A program made the translations under genes and the position numbers. The notes below the pieces were generated by a model. It saw only the letters and a program-made list of their open reading frames with translations, was not told the DNA's origin and ran no database searches. Below, one piece after another: positions 9,334 through 19,062 of a DNA stretch of 64,000 nt. Every line of letters starts with the position of its first letter. Positions within the stretch are counted from its first letter, which is position 1. The DNA comes from Planctomycetota bacterium. Its GTDB lineage: Bacteria; Planctomycetota; B15-G4; SIAN01. The stretch lies in assembly GCA_028289345.1 (NCBI GenBank), contig JANQQL010000005.1, forward strand, positions 101,206-165,205. The letters are read 5' to 3'.

Positions 9334-10626
9334 ATGAACGACCCGACCTCGCCCCTTCGACTCGACGACCTCTTGGAGCACTCTCAGTTTGTGCGCAGGC
9401 TGGCGCGAGGGCTGGCGCAGGACGAGCACGCGGCGGACGACATTGCGCAGCAGACCTGGTTGTCGGCGCTGGAGCGGCCTCCGTCGAGTTCGCGCAACCT
9501 GCGATCCTGGCTCGCAGTCGTCGCGCGCAATGCGGCGGGGAAGTCCTGGCGATCCGAGCAGAGTCGACGACGGCGGGAAGAGCTCGCTGCGCGATCGGAG
9601 GCGGTAACGCACGAGGGGCTCGCCGAGCGCGCCACCTTGCAGCAGCGAATCGGGCAGCTGGTCTTGGAACTCGACGCGACGTATCGCACCCCGTTGCTGC
9701 TGCGTTTCTATGAGGATCGACGGCCTCGGCAGATCGCCGCGGAACTCGACCTCCCGGTGGAGACGGTGCGCACGCGGATCAAGCGCGGTCTCGAACGCGT
9801 CCGTCAGCGACTCGACCGCGAACAAGGTGGACGCAAGGCGTGGCTCGCGCTGCTGGCCCCGACACCCCATCACAAATCTCTCGCGGCAAACGGAAGCTCC
9901 CCATCGAACTCCTGGGTCGGTGCGCCCTTCGTTGTTTCGGGTGGCCTGCTCCTCGTCGCGGTGTTCCCGTTTGTTCATTGGTTCGGAGGCTCCGAAGGCA
10001 CCGAGTCCGCCGCGAACCCTTCGGGAATGATTTCAAGCGCGTCGCTCCGCGAACGGCGAGACTCACAGTTCGTCGCATCGCCGGTGATCGTCGAGAGGAA
10101 CGCCGATGCTCGATCCGAGCTTCCGTCCGATCCGATCAAAGCGACGCCAGCCTCGAAGCTCCTCCCGCTCGAAGGCCGCATCGTCGATCCGGACGGCCAG
10201 CCGCGCGAAGGGATCCAGGTCGCCTGGATCCTCGATCAGTTCGACCGCGACCTCGGCATGGGCACGCGAACCGAAGTCGACCAACCGACCACTCGCAGCA
10301 ATGCCGACGGCTGGTTCGTGCTGCCCCGGATCGAGGATCCCAGCGCGGTGATCCAAGTGCGCGACGCCGACTGGCTGTCCCTCGGGCGCAGCGTCGAGAA
10401 GAGAAGAGGCAATGAGCATCAAGTCTGGGTCGTGACCCGTCGTCGTCAGCTCACGGGCCGGATCGAAGACCAGGCCGGTCATCCGATCGAGGGAGCCAAG
10501 GTCCATGTCATCCCCGACTCGGCTCGCTTCCAGGACTTTGATCGCTCACCATCACGGTTAGATCATTGGATCTCCAATGTTCGCATCAGGTTCAAACGGT
10601 TTCCACTAAGCGTGTCGAGGATCTGA
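9334..10626 (+). CDS. ECF sigma-70 factor fused to a transmembrane segment and carboxypeptidase-regulatory-like repeats
   Basis: Start at MNDPTS (ATG 9334). Region 2 (AADDIAQQTWLSAL) and region 4 (YRTPLLLRFYEDRRPRQIAAELDLPVETVRTRIKRGLERVR), then TM APFVVSGGLLLVAVFPFV, then LEGRIVDPDGQPREGIQV and LTGRIEDQAGHPIEGAKVHV. Confidence 0.8.
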   Translation: MNDPTSPLRLDDLLEHSQFVRRLARGLAQDEHAADDIAQQTWLSALERPPSSSRNLRSWLAVVARNAAGKSWRSEQSRRRREELAARSEAVTHEGLAERATLQQRIGQLVLELDATYRTPLLLRFYEDRRPRQIAAELDLPVETVRTRIKRGLERVRQRLDREQGGRKAWLALLAPTPHHKSLAANGSSPSNSWVGAPFVVSGGLLLVAVFPFVHWFGGSEGTESAANPSGMISSASLRERRDSQFVASPVIVERNADARSELPSDPIKATPASKLLPLEGRIVDPDGQPREGIQVAWILDQFDRDLGMGTRTEVDQPTTRSNADGWFVLPRIEDPSAVIQVRDADWLSLGRSVEKRRGNEHQVWVVTRRRQLTGRIEDQAGHPIEGAKVHVIPDSARFQDFDRSPSRLDHWISNVRIRFKRFPLSVSRI

Positions 10627-11441
10627 GCTGAAACAGACAGCCTCCCCTCGCTCGACTCATCCGGAGCAACCACGATCCCATCGATCGCCAGTTGAAGGGC
10701 ACCGCGCTCCGGCAGCGCCTTGCCTTCCCATAGCTCACCGGCGGTCCATGGAACAAGTACCCGCGCTCTACTGTCTACCACACGATAGCGGACCCTGAGC
10801 CGACCTCGGCCACGGTCATCCTTTGAGCCACCCCCGAACACGATAGTCCCTACTACCGTTTCCCCACGGCGAACGGCACTAACTTCAGGCAACCTCACTC
10901 CCTGCGCTTGCGTCTCCCAAGTCGCTTGCAAACCTGACATATCATCGGCAAAAAATAGGAGCGCTCCTAGATTGCCGCACGCTTTTCGCCAGGGCGTATC
11001 GGGCAACACGACGCCGCCTGGCCCCCTCCAAACGAACTCTTGGCCGTGCACGTGATCGATCAGAAGATCAGCGAATTCCTCAACATCTGCCCAGGTTTTT
11101 CCAACCATGGGCGCTACCTTCACAGCGCTCTCGGCGGCTGTACCCACTGGGCGACGAGAATTCAGTGCAACCGTACTCTGCGTCAGTAAGCCCACCGCGC
11201 CCTCGGCAAATGTACTAAGAGCAACGCACCGACGAAGTTCTCCCTCCTCGTCCGACAAGACCTCGCTAACCTTGACGGCAAACGAACAGCCATCAGCAAA
11301 CGTGCAACCGCCACCAAAGGCATCGGCGGCGGGAGTGGAGTCGAGCGCCTGACACTCCAGGTCCCTGGCCGTAGTGCTTGTTACGGTTTGTCCCGCAAGC
11401 GCGATGAGGACACCTAGAAATCGGATGCTCACTTCAAGCAC
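10563..11441 (-). CDS. hypothetical secreted protein
   Basis: 292-aa ORF in an AT-richer island with a signal-like N-terminus (IRFLGVLIALAGQ). No recognisable domain. Confidence 0.45.
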   Translation of the reverse strand: MLEVSIRFLGVLIALAGQTVTSTTARDLECQALDSTPAADAFGGGCTFADGCSFAVKVSEVLSDEEGELRRCVALSTFAEGAVGLLTQSTVALNSRRPVGTAAESAVKVAPMVGKTWADVEEFADLLIDHVHGQEFVWRGPGGVVLPDTPWRKACGNLGALLFFADDMSGLQATWETQAQGVRLPEVSAVRRGETVVGTIVFGGGSKDDRGRGRLRVRYRVVDSRARVLVPWTAGELWEGKALPERGALQLAIDGIVVAPDESSEGRLSVSAQILDTLSGNRLNLMRTLEIQ

Positions 11442-11937
11442 TCCTCAATGTACTCCTAGGAAATCGCACACAGCCTCGCAAGCAATGTGCCCACAACTCA
11501 TGCCTCCCGTCGTATTGCCACACTGTTGGTCCTCGATAGTCCTTTCTCTCAATCTCAGTCAGACGTTCCCCTTTGAAGTGGAGAAGCAGCCAAGCATTCG
11601 CCCCCGCGATACTAACGTGCCACAGCTTAGCTCGCTTGACCTTATCGAACTCTTCAGGCTGCACAGACTTAGTTCGAAATCGCTTACTTTCCCCAAGCTG
11701 AAGCGCGGAAACCTCCAGCGACAGAATCGCGCCTCGCTCCAACAGCTTGGCCAGTTGGCCGTAACACTCTGCTTTGTCCGATCCGATACTCAGCCCCATG
11801 AACTCTCCGGCCACGATCGAATGAGTCTTCGTCCAAGGCCAGTTAGAAAAACTCACGGCCACCGAATGGCAAAGAAAAACGACCAGCAATAGAAACAGCA
11901 CGCCTACCGCCGCAATAGAGAATTTTGAAGCGCTCAT
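11434..11937 (-). CDS. hypothetical membrane-anchored protein
   Basis: Start set at MSASKF (ATG 11937). One TM (AAVGVLFLLLVVFLC). Confidence 0.4.
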   Translation of the reverse strand: MSASKFSIAAVGVLFLLLVVFLCHSVAVSFSNWPWTKTHSIVAGEFMGLSIGSDKAECYGQLAKLLERGAILSLEVSALQLGESKRFRTKSVQPEEFDKVKRAKLWHVSIAGANAWLLLHFKGERLTEIERKDYRGPTVWQYDGRHELWAHCLRGCVRFPRSTLRSA

Positions 11938-12047
11938 TGCCCGACTCCGATTTGCAAGTTCACCCGCTAACCGAGCGAGACTAAGTGAGGACACCTGTGC
12001 AAGAAGCTGGGCCAGGCTCCTTTGACTTTCCCAAGCACGGAAACTCC

Positions 12048-12497
12048 TCAGCGAAACACAGGCCAAAAGTAGACGCCCGACGGGGGCGCCATTGGAGCAA
12101 TTCGAGGTGGTGTACCAGGCACAGGAAGCTCCATTCCAGCAGCACGCTGCGCGACGGCCTGAGCAGCAGAGTTACTGTTTATCCCGATAGGGTCGTAATC
12201 TTGAATCTCTTCCAACTGACTAGCGGCATGCTGCACCTCGGCTGAGGTAGCAGGTATTCTAACGAGTTCAAGGTTCGCCCAAAGGGAGCCAGGAATCAGC
12301 GATTCCCAGTGATTTCGGTCTGTCGCATGGGTGCCGGCTGACATACCGGTCGTGTGCTCGTCCACTCGACCCATTTCAGGGTTAGCGTTACCCCAGGACA
12401 GAACGTTAGCCTCTGGATCACCAACGTAGCTCGCGTCCGTTACGATGTAGTTATGCGAAAACGCCGGCGAAAAAGAAGCTCCTCGAAGAGCCCTCAA
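12048..12497 (-). CDS. hypothetical protein
   Basis: 149-aa ORF with a TTG start. There is a His...NSNS pattern (SHNYIV ... GINSNSAAQAV), but I could not assign it to any family. Confidence 0.3.
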   Translation of the reverse strand: MRALRGASFSPAFSHNYIVTDASYVGDPEANVLSWGNANPEMGRVDEHTTGMSAGTHATDRNHWESLIPGSLWANLELVRIPATSAEVQHAASQLEEIQDYDPIGINSNSAAQAVAQRAAGMELPVPGTPPRIAPMAPPSGVYFWPVFR

Positions 12498-12559
12498 GCG
12501 TGCACGAGGTGACGCCGCACTGCATCAGCAGACCGAGGAGCTGCTGACCAAGGTCGAGC

Positions 12560-12965
12560 AGGCTCTGAGAGATGGTCCGGTTGGCGGAGCCAGTGACCGT
12601 GCAGCTTTCGTTATGCCGAGGCACCTTCGGCGCGTTTCTCCATATGCCTTGACATCGTGCAGCACCCTGGCCGTCGGCGACACGAGCGGTGATTTCCTCC
12701 GCAAGAACCAAGGCCGGTTCGACGAGGCCTTGCCTTGCAATCGGGAGGTTCTCGAAGCAAGGTGCCAAGCCCTCGGTGACGAACACTCCCATCCCTCGTC
12801 AGCCTCCACAACCTGGCGACCACGTTGCCTTCCACGGGTCGGATCGACGGAGCAGAGTCGTACTTCCGGGAACCCATGGACGGAATGCCACGCGCATTGG
12901 GCGACACGCACCAAGACACTCTCCTCTCCCTTGCCGGCCTGGCCGCCACGCTCGGAAACGCTCAA
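12560..12965 (+). pseudogene. decayed TPR (TPR_12-like) gene remnant
   Basis: Frame-hopping translation gives FDEALPCNREVLEARCQALGDEHSHP... then ...LGDTHQDTLLSLAGLAATLGNAQR*. This resembles the TPR units of the kinase at 53852-56707 (EALAIEREVLKCQVQRLGEEHPSTL). Confidence 0.35.
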
Positions 12966-13019
12966 CGATGAGTTTTCAGCGGTCTTCTCTGAGGGATGTC
13001 AAACTTGTGCCCCAGTAGG

Positions 13020-13400
13020 TTTCCGGCGCGTTCCTTTCTTGAAGAAGGTTTGTGGCGAGTCATCGCAGGGCCCGACAAAGCCCCTGGCAAAACGGGTAAC
13101 GCAAGCGCGTGATCGGGTTGATTCGACGCGAGTGCACGGACCATGTCAGACCATTTGGCGAGAAGCACTTGCAACCGCTCCTCAGTGAGTTTGCGGTGTA
13201 CCACAGCGAATCGCGGACACACCGAGCGCTAGACGAAAACTCACCGATCGCTCGCGACGTTGAACGCTTCGACCGTTTGATCTCGGAGCGTGTGCACGGC
13301 GGGCTTCCTCATCGCGATTGCGCGGTCGCGTCGCACGCACACCGATTTCGTTGACTCTCCCTGTCAGAGTTTGGTCGGGACGACGCTTTCGGGGAGCACC
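13020..13400 (+). mobile_element. 3' fragment of IS family A (rve transposase tail plus right end)
   Basis: Translation is SPWQNG*RKRVIGLIRRECTDHVRPFGEKHLQPLLSEFAVYHSESRTHRALDENSPIARDVERFDRLISERVHGGL. It matches 57690-57939. Nucleotide similarity continues past the stop (13330-13400 vs 57940-58005). In-frame TAA present. Confidence 0.7.
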
Positions 13401-13430
13401 GCCTCGGTTGGAAAAGACCCGCCGTTCGCC

Positions 13431-14429
13431 CTACAGTGTTTTCAGGGCCTGCCGCGTCATTTCCCGGGTGTAGCGGTGAATCTTCCAGTGGCCGGGGGCC
13501 CAGCCTGCCAGAAAACGGTGGAAGTCGGCCCACGCCGCGGGATAGAGGGCACGCCACTCTCGCTCCACGGCGTCGGCATCCACGGACGGTGCCAGGTGCT
13601 CGCGGAGCAACGTGAAGTATGTGTCGAGATGATCCGCCGCATGCGCCTCGCATTCCGCGTCGCTGAGACAGCTGCTCAGGAAGTAGGCCACGTCCTTGAT
13701 TCCACAGCCGCCGCCCACGTATTGGAAATCCACCGCGGCCACGTCCTGGTCGGCGAAGCAGAAGTTCGCGACCTTGGCGTCCCCGTGGACGAGGGTCTGA
13801 AACCGTGCGCCGCTCAGCGCGGCGTCCAGCGGCAGCGCCGCCTGACGGAGTTCGGGATCGTTCAATGCTTCCAGCTCCTCGGCGCGAGTGGCCAGGTGCC
13901 AGTAGGTCCCGGTTTCCCAGAGCCCGGTAGGGGGTGATCCGAGGAACTGCGCGTGAAACGCGGCCAGCCAACGAAGGCAGCGGCGGATGCGAGGCCCGTC
14001 GAGCCGGGTCCGACGCCCCGAGTAGCCCGCGGCGTCAAGGTCTTCGAGGAGGAAGCGCCAGCCACCGTCGGTCTTCTCGGCCGCGTGACATGTAGCGGTC
14101 CGAAAAGCGTCGCGGGAGTCCGGGCACCAATGCGAATAGAAGTAGCACTCGACGTCGTAGGAGCGAAGCTTGCGCTGGTGCGACGCATCCCCGGACCAGC
14201 CGCGCGGGTGAGTCCGAACTCGCGGGGGCGCGACTTGTTTCACGATCACGCTAGGAACATCCGAACCGTCCAACCTCACGCGCACGATCTCGCCGTAACC
14301 GCTCCACAGCGACTGGATCGGCTCGACCGATGCTGGCCGGCCAGCGACGTGTCGTTGCAGCCATGCGAAGGAGGACGGATCGGACAGCAGGTGGTTCGCA
14401 AACGGGTTCGCTCGTCTTCGATCGCTCAT
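13431..14429 (-). CDS. phosphotransferase-family kinase (APH/choline-kinase/EcKinase-like)
   Basis: 332 aa. [11 protein letters not shown] (HGDxxxxN) and VDFQYVGGG motifs. ATGA overlap with the upstream LytTR ORF. Confidence 0.8.
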   Translation of the reverse strand: MSDRRRANPFANHLLSDPSSFAWLQRHVAGRPASVEPIQSLWSGYGEIVRVRLDGSDVPSVIVKQVAPPRVRTHPRGWSGDASHQRKLRSYDVECYFYSHWCPDSRDAFRTATCHAAEKTDGGWRFLLEDLDAAGYSGRRTRLDGPRIRRCLRWLAAFHAQFLGSPPTGLWETGTYWHLATRAEELEALNDPELRQAALPLDAALSGARFQTLVHGDAKVANFCFADQDVAAVDFQYVGGGCGIKDVAYFLSSCLSDAECEAHAADHLDTYFTLLREHLAPSVDADAVEREWRALYPAAWADFHRFLAGWAPGHWKIHRYTREMTRQALKTL

Positions 14430-14956
14430 CGAGGAATCCGGTCGTCCTCGAGCGACTCGCGCAGCTTCTTGAACGGGCGTTCGCTGACGATGATCTCGCT
14501 CCCGGCGCGGTCGGCGGGGAGCAGGACGTCGGTCGCTTTGACGGATGGTTCGATAACGGATGGCCCGATTTCCCGATCCCGGTTCACGATCACGTCACGG
14601 CCAGCGAGGAAGAACGGCGGCTGCGACAGCTGGGGTTGGAACTCGCGGATGGTGGGCTTGACCCGATCGACCTCGTCGGTGGTGTGCAGTCGCACCTGAC
14701 CGTGCTCGATGTCGAAGAACACGACCTCGGTGAGCGAGACGAGCTCGAACCTCTTCTCGGTGTGCACCACGATTCTCTCCGGTCGTGCCGGGCTTCGATC
14801 GAGAAGCCGCCGAGATCTGGCCCCGCTCTTCCACGATCTCGCGGACGGCAAGTTTTGGCAGCGACCGATGGCGCGGGCCAGCGAATCCTGACCGATCGGC
14901 TTCAACGGGTAGGCAACGGCATCGGCTTCGAAGGCGGCCAGCGCGGTGATCTTCAT
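14426..14956 (-). CDS. LytTR DNA-binding domain protein; receiver domain largely missing
   Basis: LytTR region is [33 protein letters not shown]...[16 protein letters not shown]. Only the last receiver element ([18 protein letters not shown]) is in frame. Confidence 0.65.
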   Translation of the reverse strand: MKITALAAFEADAVAYPLKPIGQDSLARAIGRCQNLPSARSWKSGARSRRLLDRSPARPERIVVHTEKRFELVSLTEVVFFDIEHGQVRLHTTDEVDRVKPTIREFQPQLSQPPFFLAGRDVIVNRDREIGPSVIEPSVKATDVLLPADRAGSEIIVSERPFKKLRESLEDDRIPR

Positions 14957-15400
14957 AGGGAACGGTCTTCACTCTCTCGTGCGTTGCTCCGCGAGGCCGG
15001 TGGTCGGTCGCAGGATTCTCAGATTCCGGTTCATCGAATATCCGAAGGGAGATCCGCGTGCCCTCGCCCGGGTGCGACCACACCGATAGCGTACCTCGAT
15101 CATTGGAAAAGGCCCGGACTCGCTCCGCCGTCGCGATCAGTCGACCGCCTTCTTCCTCCGGCTCGGTGGCGGATGGACGCGCGGACCGTGCCGGGAACTC
15201 CAGCCCCTCCGCGTCGAATCCAGACCGGGGCGAACCTGTTCGCATCCCGCTTCCGGAGTTTCTCGAGGGATGCGCATTGCTTCGGGAGTGGAAACACCTC
15301 GACGGCCGGCTCCGGCGACGGCTCGACCGTGGCAGAAGCGTCGCCTCCCGCGAATGCTCCCCCTCGATCCACGGGACCTCTTCCAGATCCAGCACGCCTC
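14957..15400 (-). pseudogene. remnants of a response-regulator 5' end and a LytS-type histidine-kinase 3' end
   Basis: A short MNRNLRIL... start runs into a stop at ~15030-14965. Upstream, a frame encodes GGRLIATAERVRAFSNDRGTLSVWSHPGEGTRISLRI (HATPase_c tail) without a proper stop. Confidence 0.3.
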
Positions 15401-15539
15401 GGACGAACCGCTCGCTGGTTTCGCCGAAGACCTGGGTGAACGCGGCGGCAATTCAACGGGGACTAGGCGAAGAACTCGAGATCCGTGATACTCAGTCACT
15501 CGCAGCTTCCGAGCCATTCCTGTCCGCGAGGATGCGAAG

Positions 15540-17063
15540 ATGAAACCACTCCGCATTGCGTGTTTCACGATGGGCGCCGCGGCGTCGTGGTCGTCGGCGC
15601 AAGTGGCTCCCGACCTCCCTCCACCGCCATCCCTGGAATGCCAGTTCTTCGGCTCGGGATCGAGCGACTCGTGGTGGAAGCTGGGCAATCCGTCAGGACA
15701 GAGTGACTGGTTCAATGTCGACTTCGACGACACCGCCGAGGGAGATCAGGTTCTTGGAATCTGTGTGGACGTGTGGAGCAGACTTCAGTCCGAAGAGGTG
15801 ATGACCTTGGGCATCTACCCGGAGTCCACGGTGTTCCCCCACGCACCGGACCTTGCCTCTCCGGTCGCCGAGGTTCGAGCGACGGTGTCCGCGGACGATC
15901 TCTTCGCGGACCTGGTTTCCTACTCTCTTCCGTGCCTGCACCTGGGGTCGACGGATCTCCACGTCGCCTTGCAACCACGGCCCGGAGATTCAGCCACCTG
16001 GCTCGGCGGAGATTCGCAGGGCCCGGCGTTCAACCGCTCGTTCGCCAGTTCCACCGCCTACAACACCGGGGCTTCAGCCCAGAGCCTCAACTGGACCCTT
16101 GGAATGCTGACGCGACCGAGCGTCGCGACCAAGAACTCACTACTGGTCAACGGACAGGTCAGCTCGAGCGTGATCGTCGAATCGACCGCCTGCCTCGCCT
16201 TCTGGGGGACCCACGCGGGTCAGAAGTCCTTGCTGTACTTCTGCTCTGGCGGAGTGCCGGTCCTCCCGCTCCTCCTCCTGCAAACGGGAAGCCCGTTCTT
16301 TCCAGGCCCGAAGCCTGAGACCTGGGAGATCTGCATTCCGACCGTCTGTCCGTTCACCCAGGTGCCCCTGACGTTCTGTGCGATTTACCAGGACTACTGT
16401 GACTTGAAACCCAGCGGCAAACCGAAGCTGAAGCTCGGCAACACCGCAACGCTCGTCGTCAACGACGTGCTTGGCTTCTGCCAGGGTTGCTTCGGGATGA
16501 GAGACGACGGCGATCACGATGGCATGCTGTGGAAGCTCAGCAATCCTGGTGGTCCCTCGGACTGGTTCACCGTCGACCTGGGCACCGCCAGCACCAACAC
16601 GGGGGCGGGGACAGGATCGGCGGTGGTGACCAGCGTGGAGATCGAGCTGGCGAACTTCTGCTTTCCCCGCTACGACCGCTTCCTCGCGTCTGTCGGAGTT
16701 CACCCCGCCGACGTCACCCAGGACCCTGGGGGGTCCACGCCTGATCTGTCCCAGGGAAGCGCCGTCACCAACGTCCACGTCCCACAGACAACCTGGGATG
16801 GCCTGTACCCGGGAATGCAGTTCGCGCTCCCCGATCTTCCCATCAACCCTGGTGGGACCCGTTCCATCGTCGCGGCTCGCTGGCACAGCTATGACACCTG
16901 CATCTGGATCGCCTCGGACACCGATGGAACCGACGTGACCAACGGGTGCGGTTCCCCGCTTCCGAACGGCTTCAGCGCCTCCAACCGGGACGACTTCGCA
17001 ACGAACGCCACCCCGGCCAGCGTCGCAAACTGGGCAATCAAGGTGAACTGGAACGACCCGTAG
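15540..17063 (+). CDS. secreted protein with internal duplication, unknown function
   Basis: 507 aa with a signal peptide. Repeated motif WWKLGNPSGQSDWFNVDF / LWKLSNPGGPSDWFTVDL. Confidence 0.6.
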   Translation: MKPLRIACFTMGAAASWSSAQVAPDLPPPPSLECQFFGSGSSDSWWKLGNPSGQSDWFNVDFDDTAEGDQVLGICVDVWSRLQSEEVMTLGIYPESTVFPHAPDLASPVAEVRATVSADDLFADLVSYSLPCLHLGSTDLHVALQPRPGDSATWLGGDSQGPAFNRSFASSTAYNTGASAQSLNWTLGMLTRPSVATKNSLLVNGQVSSSVIVESTACLAFWGTHAGQKSLLYFCSGGVPVLPLLLLQTGSPFFPGPKPETWEICIPTVCPFTQVPLTFCAIYQDYCDLKPSGKPKLKLGNTATLVVNDVLGFCQGCFGMRDDGDHDGMLWKLSNPGGPSDWFTVDLGTASTNTGAGTGSAVVTSVEIELANFCFPRYDRFLASVGVHPADVTQDPGGSTPDLSQGSAVTNVHVPQTTWDGLYPGMQFALPDLPINPGGTRSIVAARWHSYDTCIWIASDTDGTDVTNGCGSPLPNGFSASNRDDFATNATPASVANWAIKVNWNDP

Positions 17064-17508
17064 TTGGGAGGGGATCGTTCGTGGGGGGATGGGGCGGAGA
17101 TCCATCTGAGAACGGGGCGCCTTTCCCTCTGATCCGACTGTGCTCGAAGTGCCTTCCTATGCGAATTCGATGATCACGATGCACGCCTTGATGGCCAGCG
17201 TGGCGACGAGTCCTGCGCATGTGCAGAAGGAGCTGGTCTATGGCGAGGCAATCACGTAGGACGCGGCCGAGTTTCTGCACCCAATGCGAGTCCGCCGAGT
17301 CGAGGCCAAGTTCTCCGGCAACTCCTCGAGCCAGCGATGCCGATGGCACCTAGGGGCGAGCCACCGCGCGACCAATACACCATTGCAACTCCGGTATCTC
17401 AAGAAGACATCACAGGTCTCACACCCCATCGTGTGCTGGCCCCACGAACGCTTGGCCGCCGAGGAAACTCCCTCATCGTGGTGGCCAACCATTGAGAACG
17501 CGTAGGAC

Positions 17509-18915
17509 CTACAAGAATATTCCGCGACGCAGACAGCTCTCGAGACAGAAAGCCAGGACGTTGGTCAAGGGTTCTCCGGAATCCAAGAGTGAACGGATCG
17601 CCTTAGCGGTCGCCGGAATCGCTTTGAGATCACCGTGCTCCAGCAGCGTGTCCGAAGCTTGACGCGCCTTCTTCAGGACAACATTCGCGTCGAGCCGGGT
17701 GTACGCGACACCGAAGATCGCCGGCTCGAAGTTCCGTTCCTCCACGAAAGGTTCGAATAGCTCGACTCGAGCGATATCGGCTCGTTCGAGCCCGAGCTCT
17801 TCAAAGAAGCCCCGGTAAGTAGTTGCGGAAGCATCAAACTCCTGGTCGTAACGATCGCTCAAGCTGAGCCCCTCGTTCATCGCAACATGCCAATGACCTT
17901 GAGTTTCATCCGAGTTCGCAATATTGGCTGAGCGCTGACTCAAGATCAGATGCGGCTCTCCGCCACGTGGTGCAAGCAACAACAGATCGAAACCGAAAGA
18001 CCTCAGAAGGCCCGCGTACTCGGTAAGGCTCCGAGAATAGTCAGGTTCTATGGCCCCTCGAGCGCGCAGCCGTCGATAGAGGCGCTTTGCAAACTGTGAG
18101 GTGAAATAGTCCGTGAGGTAGACGACCACGTTGAGCAGGTGCTCTTCCGATTCTTCAGTTCGTGATCGACGGAACGCCGACACGCCAAACTTCTTTCCGT
18201 TGAACACTTGCCACCCAGAGCTTCGTTTTCGATCAACCAGTTCGCGGACCTCGGCCTTCGCCGCGAAGACGTCCTCTTTCGTCACGCCAAGCTTGGGCCC
18301 ATTGCTTCCGAGCCGCACGTATTCCTCCAAATCATCGAACTCCAGGGCGTCCAGGCTCGTATCGACGATCTGCTCTTCGCCTGCGTGGGTAAAGGTAACC
18401 TGATCAAGTCGATAGCTGTGATCGGAGTGATCCAACACGGCGATGTCAGAAACCGGCATCGCTTCGCTGCCGCTACTGGGTCGCCCCCTAGTCATCTCAG
18501 CGAAACGGGTCTTTTTCTCGAAGCGGTCCTCCAACGCCGCGGAGATTTGACCCGCGACACCGTTCGCGCCGGAGACCCGAAGATCCGCATAGCCCAGATC
18601 CGCGACTTCGGGTGGGAGCGAGGCGTCGTCGACCTTCACCACGATCATCCGGTTCTCGTCGCGGCTAGTCGCGTATCGGAACTCTCGCATGGTCCATTCC
18701 TTCTCGAGATATGATTTCGAGATCAAGGCCACGACAACGATTCCCTCGGCGCCATAGATCTCAGCTAGTTTCGGCGGTAGCGGCAAGCCAAGGAGCTTGT
18801 GCATTCGATTGGGGCCGTAGAAGCAACTGAAACCATCGCGTCTCAACCTCGTAGCAATTGCATCAGCGATCGAGACGTCTTCCGAGGCGTACGAGATCGC
18901 GACATCGTAATCCAT
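17509..18915 (-). CDS. TIR domain protein with C-terminal Nudix-like module
   Basis: aa 1-135 are TIR (YDVAISYASEDVSIADAI..., ALISKSYLEKEWTMREF). aa ~305-445 (nt 17581-18003): LILSQRSANIANSDETQGHWHVAMNEGL...YRGFFEELGL, a degenerate Nudix-box pattern. Confidence 0.85.
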   Translation of the reverse strand: MDYDVAISYASEDVSIADAIATRLRRDGFSCFYGPNRMHKLLGLPLPPKLAEIYGAEGIVVVALISKSYLEKEWTMREFRYATSRDENRMIVVKVDDASLPPEVADLGYADLRVSGANGVAGQISAALEDRFEKKTRFAEMTRGRPSSGSEAMPVSDIAVLDHSDHSYRLDQVTFTHAGEEQIVDTSLDALEFDDLEEYVRLGSNGPKLGVTKEDVFAAKAEVRELVDRKRSSGWQVFNGKKFGVSAFRRSRTEESEEHLLNVVVYLTDYFTSQFAKRLYRRLRARGAIEPDYSRSLTEYAGLLRSFGFDLLLLAPRGGEPHLILSQRSANIANSDETQGHWHVAMNEGLSLSDRYDQEFDASATTYRGFFEELGLERADIARVELFEPFVEERNFEPAIFGVAYTRLDANVVLKKARQASDTLLEHGDLKAIPATAKAIRSLLDSGEPLTNVLAFCLESCLRRGIFL

Positions 18916-19062
18916 GAACAGTCACTCAAGCGTTGTGGTTCGCGAGACCTGCAAATGGGATATGCTCAAGGCCTATCAACAGGGCGCGCTCACCGGTTGT
19001 CAGAGATGTCAGCCGAAGGTACTCGTCCAGCAAGGGGCTGCTCGCGGCTTCCATTCTAGCCT

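Noticed and set aside
8821-9978. 385-aa minus-strand ORF overlapping the small secreted-protein gene and the ECF sigma gene.
   Set aside because: No motifs and biased composition. The plus-strand frame carries clear sigma-70 regions 2 and 4.
16140-17105. 321-aa ORF antisense to the secreted repeat protein.
   Set aside because: High-GC antisense artefact. The plus frame has a signal peptide and an internal repeat structure.
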